Shown in pieces: positions 11,493-19,981 of a stretch of 64,000 nucleotides of DNA (position 1 is its first letter; each line of letters opens with the position of its first letter). The position numbers and the translations under genes are program-made. This DNA comes from a virus (taxonomy: Duplodnaviria; Caudoviricetes), in IMG/VR virus record IMGVR_UViG_3300012983_000039, positions 27,306 to 91,305 of that record. One strand, given 5' to 3'. A model generated the notes under the pieces. It saw nothing but the letters and a program-made list of their open reading frames with translations, was not told the DNA's origin and did no database searches.

Positions 11493-11951
11493 ATGGTTGA
11501 AATTAAAGATGGAAATTTACTTGAAGCTAAAGATGTAGATATTATTCTCCATCAGGTTAACTGTATGGGAGTTATGGGTGGCGGCATAGCAAAACAAATA
11601 AAAGGAAGATATCCTTATGTTTATGAGGAATACTTAGCTTTCTGCCAAGAAAGGACAGATAGACTAGGAGAAATTTTAGTTTGTGAAACGCCAGACTTTT
11701 TTATAGCAAATTGTTTCGGGCAATATGGCTATGGAACTTACAAAACTTTTACAGATTATGAAGCCTTAAGAGAGTGTTTTAATAAAGTAGCAAAACTGGT
11801 AAAAACAATGGAGAAAGACTATAATCGTCATTTAAGAATTGGGATACCTTATAAAATTGGTTGTGGCTTGGCTGGAGGAGATTGGCAAATTGTATATAGA
11901 ATAATTTGTGAAGAATTTAATAAGCTTGACGTTATTCTTTATAAGTTATGA
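11493..11951 (+). CDS. Macro-domain protein (Poa1p-like ADP-ribose-processing family)
   Basis: GNLL...ILHQVNCMGVMGGGIAKQI and PYKIGCGLAGGDW motifs. Confidence 0.9.
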   Translation: MVEIKDGNLLEAKDVDIILHQVNCMGVMGGGIAKQIKGRYPYVYEEYLAFCQERTDRLGEILVCETPDFFIANCFGQYGYGTYKTFTDYEALRECFNKVAKLVKTMEKDYNRHLRIGIPYKIGCGLAGGDWQIVYRIICEEFNKLDVILYKL

Positions 11952-11962
11952 GGTGAAAAGGA

Positions 11963-12889
11963 TTGGCAAGTATATGTTTATATGATATTGATTTTTTACA
12001 TGGAGCAAAGTTTTCAATTAATTTAGAATTAATGAAGATTTTTAATTATTATTATACACAAGGGCATAAAGTAAGGTTGGCAAAGAAAAATGATACAGAA
12101 GAGTGGTATGACCAAAAAATCTTTTTTCTTCAAAATCCAAAATGTCGTTTTCCTCAAAAATTAAAGTTAACTGGTGATAATATTACTTTATATGGGTATG
12201 GTTTTTATAAAGACTTTAAAGATTTAAAAAAAGAAATCAAGGCTGTGCCGCCCAGCTTTATGGTTTATGATACTAGCTATGACCTAATAAAAAATAAGAA
12301 TATCTATGAAAAGATAAAAGACTCTTCTTTAATAAGAGTAGAAAACAGAGATTTCTCTTATTATAATCCAAATAAAAAAGCTTTATATGTAGCAGATTAC
12401 GATTTCTTTTCAGTTTCTAATAATTTTGAATTTTTAGAAGAATATTCTAAACATAATATAAGTTTTCTTTGGGGATTAAGAGCAAAAGATAAGGATACTT
12501 TTTTAAAGCTATTTCGTTATTTACATAACGTAAATAGAAGAATTGTTATTGATTTTGATTATGATGTTAACTTCTTTAAAACTTATTACAATGAAAACAT
12601 AATGTTTTTATTCGATAGTGAAAAAGAAAAAGATTTATTAAAAATAATTCAAATGATTTTATACGCAAAAAATAAAAATCAAATACTATTTTTAGAACAA
12701 AGCTCTAAACCTATTTTATCTAATTTATCTAAATGGAGTTCTTCAAAAGATAAAATTTCCTTTTATGATTATTGTATTAATAATAATAAAAAAGATTGGT
12801 TTATTAATAACTTTACTGATAGAAAAGAATTAAGACTTTTACTTAGACAAAATCCACAGTTTTTTGATACTCAAAATCTTGACTTTTAA
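11963..12889 (+). CDS. Hypothetical protein, resembling a phage radical-SAM-family N-terminus but lacking CxxxCxxC
   Basis: ICLYDID...NLELMK...QGHKV...YD...GYGF pattern. Confidence 0.5.
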   Translation: MASICLYDIDFLHGAKFSINLELMKIFNYYYTQGHKVRLAKKNDTEEWYDQKIFFLQNPKCRFPQKLKLTGDNITLYGYGFYKDFKDLKKEIKAVPPSFMVYDTSYDLIKNKNIYEKIKDSSLIRVENRDFSYYNPNKKALYVADYDFFSVSNNFEFLEEYSKHNISFLWGLRAKDKDTFLKLFRYLHNVNRRIVIDFDYDVNFFKTYYNENIMFLFDSEKEKDLLKIIQMILYAKNKNQILFLEQSSKPILSNLSKWSSSKDKISFYDYCINNNKKDWFINNFTDRKELRLLLRQNPQFFDTQNLDF

Positions 12890-12907
12890 AGCAAAAAATG
12901 TTATAAT
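12879..12907 (+). promoter_or_regulatory. sigmaA-type promoter
   Basis: TTGACT-17-TATAAT with TG extension. Confidence 0.8.
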
Positions 12908-12935
12908 TATATTATAAAATAAAGGAGGAAAAATT

Positions 12936-13118
12936 ATGGAAAAGAGTAGGTTAGAAACTTTGAAGTTTACTTACGAAAATAAAGAGAAGAAGCTAAAAGA
13001 ATTAACTTCTAATCAAACCAATTTTGTCTTTAATAAAGAAATTAAAACGCTTATACTAGAAATGGAAAGTTTAAAAACAGAAATCGAAAGTATAGAGGCG
13101 GCAGAAGGAGGAAACTAA
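12936..13118 (+). CDS. Small coiled-coil hypothetical protein
   Basis: AGGAGG RBS, 60 aa, directly downstream of the promoter. Confidence 0.7.
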   Translation: MEKSRLETLKFTYENKEKKLKELTSNQTNFVFNKEIKTLILEMESLKTEIESIEAAEGGN

Positions 13119-13877
13119 ATGATAGATAAGGTTAAATTAAATGACGGAGCTTTACTTATTCCATATGATAAATATGAAGAGTTTATGAGAGAGTTCTTAG
13201 CTATAGAAGAAGAAAAGGAAAAAGAAACTATAGAAATTATAAAAGATAATGTTGCGCCGCCCACTGATGAACCTATAGATTATTTCTCATTATTTTCTGA
13301 CCCAGCTCTACAGATTAACGAAGAAAATACTATTGAAACTTTCTCGTTAGTAGAACGTTCAATTTTAATTAATGAAGAAATTGAACCTTATACCGCAACT
13401 TATGTTTTTAATCTTATAAGGTTCTGGAATACAATTGATGATATGGAAGATATACCAATTGAAGAAAGAAAACCGATTAAAATTTATATTGACAGTCCGG
13501 GTGGCGACTTGGACGCAACTTTCAGTATAATTGACTCGATTAAGTTAAGTAAAACACCAGTTTATACAATAACTTATGGCATAGGCCATAGCGGTGGCTT
13601 TTTTATTGGTATTGCCGGACACAAACGTTATGGTATGCCGCACTCCTCTTATATGTTCCATGAGGGTTGTGGACAGGGCGGCGGAGATGCTCATAAGTAT
13701 ATACAGAGTGTTAAATTTTATGAGAAACGTTTATCTCAGTTAAAAAAGCATACTCTTAAAAACACAAAAATATCAGAACAGAGCTATAATAAACATCGTA
13801 AAGATGATTTGTGGCTAACAGCGGACGAAGCTTTAGAGCTTGGTATTATAGATGAAATACTAACTGAATTTATATAA
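13119..13877 (+). CDS. clpP: ClpP-like serine protease with acidic N-terminal extension
   Basis: PIKIYIDSPGG, GHSGG (catalytic Ser), YMFHE (His), DLWLTADEALELGIIDEI (Asp). Confidence 0.88.
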   Translation: MIDKVKLNDGALLIPYDKYEEFMREFLAIEEEKEKETIEIIKDNVAPPTDEPIDYFSLFSDPALQINEENTIETFSLVERSILINEEIEPYTATYVFNLIRFWNTIDDMEDIPIEERKPIKIYIDSPGGDLDATFSIIDSIKLSKTPVYTITYGIGHSGGFFIGIAGHKRYGMPHSSYMFHEGCGQGGGDAHKYIQSVKFYEKRLSQLKKHTLKNTKISEQSYNKHRKDDLWLTADEALELGIIDEILTEFI

Positions 13878-13891
13878 AAAGGAGAAAAAAT

Positions 13892-14647
13892 ATGAAAGAA
13901 ATGATAGATAATGTAGCAAATATAGAAATAGTAAATGATTTGCTGGAATTGCCAGATGAGCAGTTCCACGCAGCTTATTCAATGATGAAAGAAGAAATTG
14001 ATAAAATGCTAACTTCAAAAAGAGCAGAAGCAAGTATAAGAGACAATATTCGTTTTGGTGAACTTGATATTGAAGAAGAAAGAGAAAACATAAAGAAGTC
14101 TAAAGAGAGTCTTAAATCTCTCGATTTTTCTACTGAAAAAGAAAATTTTCTTAAACAGCTTTTTGATACTAGTTTGAAAACAGTAGAAAAGGTTTATGCT
14201 AATCCGATAGAAGAAGTTAAAGTTGATATAGTTCTTACAGATGAAAACGCTAAACTTCCTACTTACGCTCATTTTGACGATGCGGCGGCAGATATATATG
14301 CTTTAGAAGAAACAACAATTAATCCTAATGAAACTAAGATAGTAAGAACTGGATTGAAAATGGCAGTTCCGGTAGGATATAGAGTAGAAATTTATCTTCG
14401 TTCTGGAGTGGGAGCTAAAACTAAACTTCGTTTAGCAAATGGAGTAGGACAGATAGATAGCTCTTATCGAGGAGAAATTGGCTTGATTATAGACAATATT
14501 GGAGATACACCTTATACAATTGAAAAGGGTGAAAGAATATGTCAAATGATGATTGAGCCGGTATATCATATAGGATTTAATAAAGTAGAAACACTTAACT
14601 CAACAGAACGTGGGGAAGGCGGTTTCGGTAGCACAGGCAAGAGTTGA
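13892..14647 (+). CDS. dut: Trimeric dUTPase with ~105-aa N-terminal extension
   Basis: AAADIY, RSG, GQIDSSYRGEI, GERICQ, RGEGGFGSTG. Confidence 0.93.
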   Translation: MKEMIDNVANIEIVNDLLELPDEQFHAAYSMMKEEIDKMLTSKRAEASIRDNIRFGELDIEEERENIKKSKESLKSLDFSTEKENFLKQLFDTSLKTVEKVYANPIEEVKVDIVLTDENAKLPTYAHFDDAAADIYALEETTINPNETKIVRTGLKMAVPVGYRVEIYLRSGVGAKTKLRLANGVGQIDSSYRGEIGLIIDNIGDTPYTIEKGERICQMMIEPVYHIGFNKVETLNSTERGEGGFGSTGKS

Positions 14648-15384
14648 TTAGCTTGAAACTAAAATATGAAGAAATTAAAAAAACTATTGAAGAAGCAAAT
14701 TGGACTTTAATTTCAGAAACCTATAAAAATTTGAACACAGATTTACAACTGCTTTGTCCGCTAGGTCATGAAGTATATATGACCTATGCTGACTGGCGTA
14801 ATAAAGCTGAATGTTTAATATGTAAAAAATCTCCTATTGTTAAAATCAATGAAAAACCTAAAAAAAAGAAAGGTTATAGAATATTAGCTTTAGACCAATC
14901 TACTAATACTACAGGTTGGAGTTTATTTGAAGATGGAAAGTTGTTGAATTATGGACAATGGACTTCTACCGGAAATGAAACAATACAGAAAATTAGCTGT
15001 GTAAAGACTTGGTTATCAACTATGATTGATAAACACCAACCAGATAAAATTATTTTAGAAGATATACAATTACAAAGTTATATTACTAGCAATAACAATA
15101 GTGGAGATATGGTTTTAACATACAAAAAACTCGCCGCCCTACAAGGAGTTTTATGTAATTTCCTCTATGAAAATGGAATTTCATATACAATTGTGCCACC
15201 AGCGACTTGGAGAGAACACAGTAGTATCAAAGGAAAAACTAGAAACGATAAAAAGAAGAGCGCTCAAATTCGAGTTAAAAACATTTATGAAATAGATGTT
15301 AATGTGGACGTAGCTGAAGCTATTCTGATTGGTGATTGGGCTACGGAAAAAATAAAAACAGTAGAAAAAGTAAGTTTCTACTAA
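14644..15384 (+). CDS. RuvC-like Holliday junction resolvase with N-terminal zinc ribbon
   Basis: ILALDQST..TGW, IILED, V.PATWR, DVAEAILIG; CPLGH...CLIC. Confidence 0.82.
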   Translation: MISLKLKYEEIKKTIEEANWTLISETYKNLNTDLQLLCPLGHEVYMTYADWRNKAECLICKKSPIVKINEKPKKKKGYRILALDQSTNTTGWSLFEDGKLLNYGQWTSTGNETIQKISCVKTWLSTMIDKHQPDKIILEDIQLQSYITSNNNSGDMVLTYKKLAALQGVLCNFLYENGISYTIVPPATWREHSSIKGKTRNDKKKSAQIRVKNIYEIDVNVDVAEAILIGDWATEKIKTVEKVSFY

Positions 15385-15390
15385 TAAAAA

Positions 15391-15424
15391 AGAAGAGGAG
15401 TAGATTAATTTCTACTCCTCTTTC
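15391..15424. terminator. Bidirectional terminator between the converging replication and late modules
   Basis: GAGGAGTAGA-TTAATT-TCTACTCCTC stem flanked by A- and T-tracts. Confidence 0.85.
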
Positions 15425-15787
15425 TTATTTTACTTTGTAAATATTCCATATATATCTGTCTGAACAATCGAAGGTATCATAAAGAGTTCCATTTAAAACG
15501 CAAGTAATATGACCGTTCATAGTAATAAGCCATCTACCTTTTAAATTTAATTTTAAAAAATCCTCTACCGTTTTAACTCTTTCTGTTGGATAAAATTTTT
15601 CAAATCTTTCTGCTAGATATTCGTTAATGAAATCTACTTCCGTAAAAGTAATTCCTTTTCTACACCCATAATCAGATAGCATTTTATAGGTCTTGGTCCA
15701 ACTCCAATTTAAAGCTAATGAAATTGCTCGAACAACACAGTCATTAACTTTTCTTCCTAAAGGATTGGCATTGTAATATTCCCACAT
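15425..15787 (-). CDS. Cassette gene F: putative papain-fold (Cys-His-Asp) peptidase/transglutaminase-like protein
   Basis: NDCVVRAI ... NGHITCV ... YDTFD spacing suggests a catalytic triad. Confidence 0.55.
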   Translation of the reverse strand: MWEYYNANPLGRKVNDCVVRAISLALNWSWTKTYKMLSDYGCRKGITFTEVDFINEYLAERFEKFYPTERVKTVEDFLKLNLKGRWLITMNGHITCVLNGTLYDTFDCSDRYIWNIYKVK

Positions 15788-16332
15788 TAGATTTTTTTCA
15801 TTTTTTCTAAATGTTTCCTTATTACTTCTTTTTCTTTAGGAGTTTCAGCAAAGTCAGCAAGAGACTCTACAAACATACAAACCGCCGCCATAGCCATTTC
15901 AATACCATCTATCATACGGCTTTCACCGTCTCCATGGCGATATCTGTCTCGTCCTTCGTTATAGGCGTCCATACCTTCCATCATTCTTTCCATATAACGT
16001 TCGGAGCGTTCGTCTAAATAAGGATAATTTCCATATCTACCTCTTGCTTCCCAACGACCATCGTTATAACCTCTTTCATTATAACCTCTGTCATAGCCCC
16101 TTTCATTATAACCATCTTCCATATATCTTCCTCTACTATCACGTCTTTGGAACATATTATAATCACCACCCTTTTCTTCATCAATTTCAGATTGATAGTA
16201 TTTAGCTTCTTTTATATCCTTGTAAATATCTATAAGCTTAAAAGTAGTTTCAAGATTAGAAGAACTTATCCCTTTTTCAGCTATAGCTCCTAATTCTTTT
16301 TCTACTTTTTCAAGCAACTTGTTCATATCCAT
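15787..16332 (-). CDS. Cassette gene E: helical protein with central R/G/Y low-complexity repeats
   Basis: RRDSRGRY and GYNER/GYDR repeats between predicted helical ends. Confidence 0.75.
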   Translation of the reverse strand: MDMNKLLEKVEKELGAIAEKGISSSNLETTFKLIDIYKDIKEAKYYQSEIDEEKGGDYNMFQRRDSRGRYMEDGYNERGYDRGYNERGYNDGRWEARGRYGNYPYLDERSERYMERMMEGMDAYNEGRDRYRHGDGESRMIDGIEMAMAAVCMFVESLADFAETPKEKEVIRKHLEKMKKI

Positions 16333-16335
16333 TTC

Positions 16336-16731
16336 TTATCCCTCCTCTGTAGTAGTTTCAATAGGTAATGCTGAGGCGGCACGAGAACATCCAGAACAAC
16401 CTGTCTTAGCTAATAGTTTAAAAACTCCGCTTTGAATATCTGTATGAACTTTTACAGGATAAATTTTTCTAGGGTAAATCTGACAAGCATTTACATTAGA
16501 ACAATTACAATTTACTAAAGGATAAGCTGTTGTATCTGTTCCAATTGTAATTGATACTGTCGCCGCAATTGTTGTTTCCTCTGGAATTTCCTGAGCAATT
16601 AGTAAACAATATCTTTCGCAATTACCATAAGAACCTTCTGGCAAATTAATAGTTAATACTCCATCGGCAAAAGTAATTGCTTGTGAGAGAACAAGTCTCT
16701 CACAAACACATTTAACACTAGGACAACTCAT
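16336..16731 (-). CDS. Cassette gene D: Cys-rich beta-strand protein
   Basis: 10 Cys in 131 aa; alternating beta pattern; GGAGG RBS. Confidence 0.75.
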   Translation of the reverse strand: MSCPSVKCVCERLVLSQAITFADGVLTINLPEGSYGNCERYCLLIAQEIPEETTIAATVSITIGTDTTAYPLVNCNCSNVNACQIYPRKIYPVKVHTDIQSGVFKLLAKTGCSGCSRAASALPIETTTEEG

Positions 16732-16744
16732 ATGTTATCCCTCC

Positions 16745-17641
16745 TTAGCAGCAAGCGCCGCAACCGTTATTTAAAAAAGCATTAACTGGAAAAGTCTGAT
16801 AAGGACTCATTACCGGATAAGCTGGCTTAGGACAAGGCTGAAGTTGTTCAATTAAAGCTCTTGTCTGTGAGTTCTGAGAAAGCTGGAATTGAGCAGATTG
16901 AAGTTCTGTTCTAAGCTTATCCATTTCAGACTGAACAAGATGATTGATTATTCTATCTGTGTTTCTATCAGCATTAGTAATAATATCACAAGTCTGTTGA
17001 GCTAAAGCATACTTAATATTTTCTTGTCCTCTTTCAAGATTGCAACAACAGCTTGCTAACTGATTAGCTAATGAATTGAAGCCAGCCTGTGTATTAAATC
17101 TGCTTTCCATAAGTCCCTGTTTAGTTTCACAGCAACAATCTTTGATGTTGTAGTTAGTCTGCGCTATAGCGGAATTAATTCCATTAAAGCCTTGACACAG
17201 TGTTGACTGTAAACCATTAAAACCTTGAAGATTTGCTCTATCTGCCGCACACATAGCTTGCTGGAACTGAGTGCCAAGATTTGTTATACCGAGATTTACG
17301 CTATAAAAACCATCACACAGACCTCTTTCAAGACCTCTCTGTCCATTATCTAACTGATTAAAGTTAAAAGCATCAGTTAAACTTTGCTGAGTTGCCGGAA
17401 CACAACAAGCATTATAGCCAAAGCTGCCAAAGCCACCAGTTGGAACTACTACTGTATTTGTGCCGCCATCGCAACCACAACCATTTCCACCGTTATTGCC
17501 CCAGCCACGACCATTCATTCCTAAGAATAATATAAGAACGATAATCCACCAACCAGAGCCATCACCAAAACCATTATTCGAACCATTGCCACCATTTCTG
17601 AGCGCCAATGCGTCCGCCACCGTAAGACCTTTTTCTTCCAT
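16745..17641 (-). CDS. Cassette gene C: Gly/Asn-rich, Cys-rich coiled-coil protein with an N-terminal hydrophobic segment
   Basis: Start moved to MEEKG (GGAGG RBS); WWIIVLILFL; 18 Cys including two CCC and a terminal GCGACC; GF/GL repeats. Confidence 0.8.
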   Translation of the reverse strand: MEEKGLTVADALALRNGGNGSNNGFGDGSGWWIIVLILFLGMNGRGWGNNGGNGCGCDGGTNTVVVPTGGFGSFGYNACCVPATQQSLTDAFNFNQLDNGQRGLERGLCDGFYSVNLGITNLGTQFQQAMCAADRANLQGFNGLQSTLCQGFNGINSAIAQTNYNIKDCCCETKQGLMESRFNTQAGFNSLANQLASCCCNLERGQENIKYALAQQTCDIITNADRNTDRIINHLVQSEMDKLRTELQSAQFQLSQNSQTRALIEQLQPCPKPAYPVMSPYQTFPVNAFLNNGCGACC

Positions 17642-17669
17642 AAATAAAACCTCCATTAAAATATATTTA

Positions 17670-17906
17670 TTACTTTAATAGACTTAGAAAATTATTTAAC
17701 TCCTGACCAAAGTTCTGTCCTCTTTGTCTAAAAAAGTTTTCAGCTATTGAATTGATACTATTAGTATCTCCTTTTTCGGCATATTGAATAAGTTCATTAA
17801 TCATAGGATCATTTATATTATTATTTTTAATATAAGACATCACTATTTGCTGAGGGTTTTGCCCTTTAACTAAATTAATAAAATCCATATTTATCATAAA
17901 TTCCAA
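17670..17906 (-). CDS. Cassette gene B: small N/Q-rich helical protein
   Basis: NPQQIV...; overlaps the end of gene A. Confidence 0.7.
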   Translation of the reverse strand: MEFMINMDFINLVKGQNPQQIVMSYIKNNNINDPMINELIQYAEKGDTNSINSIAENFFRQRGQNFGQELNNFLSLLK

Positions 17907-18316
17907 TCACCCTTTCCTTTTGAAGTGTTTTGTATATCAGATATCTTTTGTTCTATCTGACTTAATCGTTTTTCATATTGTTGGAGCTGAGAAACTATTT
18001 CATTTTCTTCTTGTTTTACTTCCTCTTGTGTTGACTGTGTTTTGTTTATATCCAAGGGAGCAATTTTATAAGCCCAAAATAAAGGGTTTCCATTCTGCAT
18101 GGTTTTAATATACATTACTCCTTCCTGTAGACATAAAGCTACTGAAATTCCCGCTCCCACCGGAACATTAGCCACCTCTAAAGTTGAGTTAATATTATAT
18201 ACATTACCTTGAGGTTGGGGAAATAAAGGCTGAACATTCTGTTGAAATTGCGCCGCCCCTTGTGAAAAACACATATTTTGATTTTGACCTTGATTTGTAT
18301 TATAATTGTAGGACAT
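17894..18316 (-). CDS. Cassette gene A: Q/N-rich N-terminus, small beta domain, C-terminal coiled coil
   Basis: GAGGTG RBS; MSYNYNTNQGQNQN...; VMYIKT...FWAYKI. Confidence 0.75.
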   Translation of the reverse strand: MSYNYNTNQGQNQNMCFSQGAAQFQQNVQPLFPQPQGNVYNINSTLEVANVPVGAGISVALCLQEGVMYIKTMQNGNPLFWAYKIAPLDINKTQSTQEEVKQEENEIVSQLQQYEKRLSQIEQKISDIQNTSKGKGDWNL

Positions 18317-18449
18317 TTTATCACCTCACTTATCCTTTCACCTAATAGTGAATTTTAAAAACCAAAAATTAAAAAAATTGGATAAACATAAGGAAAGTTC
18401 TATTTTTTAGACAATTTCATTTTCCTTATATTTATCCATTTTTTACAAA

Positions 18450-18815
18450 TTATTCTTTAATAAAAGGCATCAGAACCTCTAATGTATCCCAGCTTAATTG
18501 AATTGGTTCTAGCTCTTCTAAATTAATATAGACTTCCGGCATTTCTATTTCTTCATTTTCAAAACAAGTTAACTCTAATCCTAATTCTTCCACTCTATCA
18601 TCTGGAAATTGAATAGACTTTGTTTCTTCATTATAAGTGCCACCATAACGTTCTCTTAATTCCTCTATTAAAATTCCATAATATTCTAATTCTTTTTTAA
18701 CAATATCTTGTATTTTTAATATTCTATATTTTGTTGAAATTTTTAAATTCTCTTTTGATTTAATTTCTTCAAGGGCAGCGCCAAGTGGTGCTATTAATCT
18801 TCTTTTAATTGTCAT
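18450..18815 (-). CDS. Hypothetical acidic protein (possible tail chaperone)
   Basis: GGAGG RBS; position after tail genes. Confidence 0.6.
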   Translation of the reverse strand: MTIKRRLIAPLGAALEEIKSKENLKISTKYRILKIQDIVKKELEYYGILIEELRERYGGTYNEETKSIQFPDDRVEELGLELTCFENEEIEMPEVYINLEELEPIQLSWDTLEVLMPFIKE

Positions 18816-18826
18816 ATTTTTCCTCC

Positions 18827-19981
18827 TTAAAATTGAGAAATTAAAATTTTATTTTCTGGATAATTGCTTATATTAGAAACAGCGTCCGAGGCTGTAAAAA
18901 AACCTGTGTTCGCAATACAACCTATTAACCTAGTTGGTCCAGAATTAATTGTAATATGGCTTCTTATTTCTCTATTCACAATTTTATTTTCCAATTCAGT
19001 TTCAATTGAACGATAAGGACCATAACCGTATCCAGAGTATCCGAAGTTTTGAAAAGGATAACAGCTTGCTATTTGATAGAATTTTCCCTGTAGATTATAA
19101 ATATTTCCATTCATTAAGTTATTATACACATAATCTTTTATTTCTGTTGGGTAGCTATATGAAGATGAAAGAGTTGGATATCCTCTGCCGCCCCAACCAG
19201 AAAAACCACCATCTCTTTTTAAAGTTGTTATAATTGATTCACCATTACGTCCATGAAGAAAATAAACTGAACGTAAGAGTTTCGCATATACTCCAAAATT
19301 CATTAATTGAGTTTGTTTATCTCCTATGTCTCCCAATTCATCTCTACATAGTTGACACATTACAGATAATTCATAATCTGTAATTAAATTTTCATCAAGT
19401 TTTTGAGAATAATAATGTTCCATTTTTGAAGTTGGTATCAAAGATGTTTCAACTGGAAAATTTCCATTGACTTCCTTAACTTTTAAATATCTAAAAAGTT
19501 TATTTAAAAAGCCACATGGATTAGAAGGAGGAGTTAATCTAAACTCCTCTCTATCCGTCCATATTCTACTTACATCAGAACCATACCAAGTTCCTTTTCT
19601 TATCTGTAAATGTAAATGAGGTCCAGAACTATAACCGGTATTACCAGAAGTTCCTATAATCTGTCCATTTTTAACTATATCGCCTTCATTCACATCAACT
19701 GTTTTGAGATGCATGTATGTAGCATAGTAGGTTTCTCCTAAATTTTGAAATTCAATTACAATACAATTGCCCGTTTCCGTAGTGCTTCCGCCATACCAAG
19801 TATTATAATTTCTATCTTTTCGAGTTAAGAAAATTTTTCCGTCTGTAATCGCATAAATTGGAGTGCCTTCTGGAATGGCAAAATCAACAGAGTCTGTTCC
19901 ATCGTGTGAATGGTAGCCCGGCACATCATCATCATTAACAAAACGTCCATTTTGAATTGGAAAACTCCATATGTGTTTCAT
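18827..19981 (-). CDS. M23 family peptidase (peptidoglycan hydrolase; tail-associated or lysin)
   Basis: H...VDFA..EGTPIYA..DG, YMHL, GNTGYSSGPHLHL. Confidence 0.88.
   Translation of the reverse strand: MKHIWSFPIQNGRFVNDDDVPGYHSHDGTDSVDFAIPEGTPIYAITDGKIFLTRKDRNYNTWYGGSTTETGNCIVIEFQNLGETYYATYMHLKTVDVNEGDIVKNGQIIGTSGNTGYSSGPHLHLQIRKGTWYGSDVSRIWTDREEFRLTPPSNPCGFLNKLFRYLKVKEVNGNFPVETSLIPTSKMEHYYSQKLDENLITDYELSVMCQLCRDELGDIGDKQTQLMNFGVYAKLLRSVYFLHGRNGESIITTLKRDGGFSGWGGRGYPTLSSSYSYPTEIKDYVYNNLMNGNIYNLQGKFYQIASCYPFQNFGYSGYGYGPYRSIETELENKIVNREIRSHITINSGPTRLIGCIANTGFFTASDAVSNISNYPENKILISQF

Noticed and set aside
16745-17641. Gene C as a holin for the M23 peptidase
   Set aside because: About 300 aa with one short hydrophobic segment and 18 Cys is unlike known holin classes; not fully excluded
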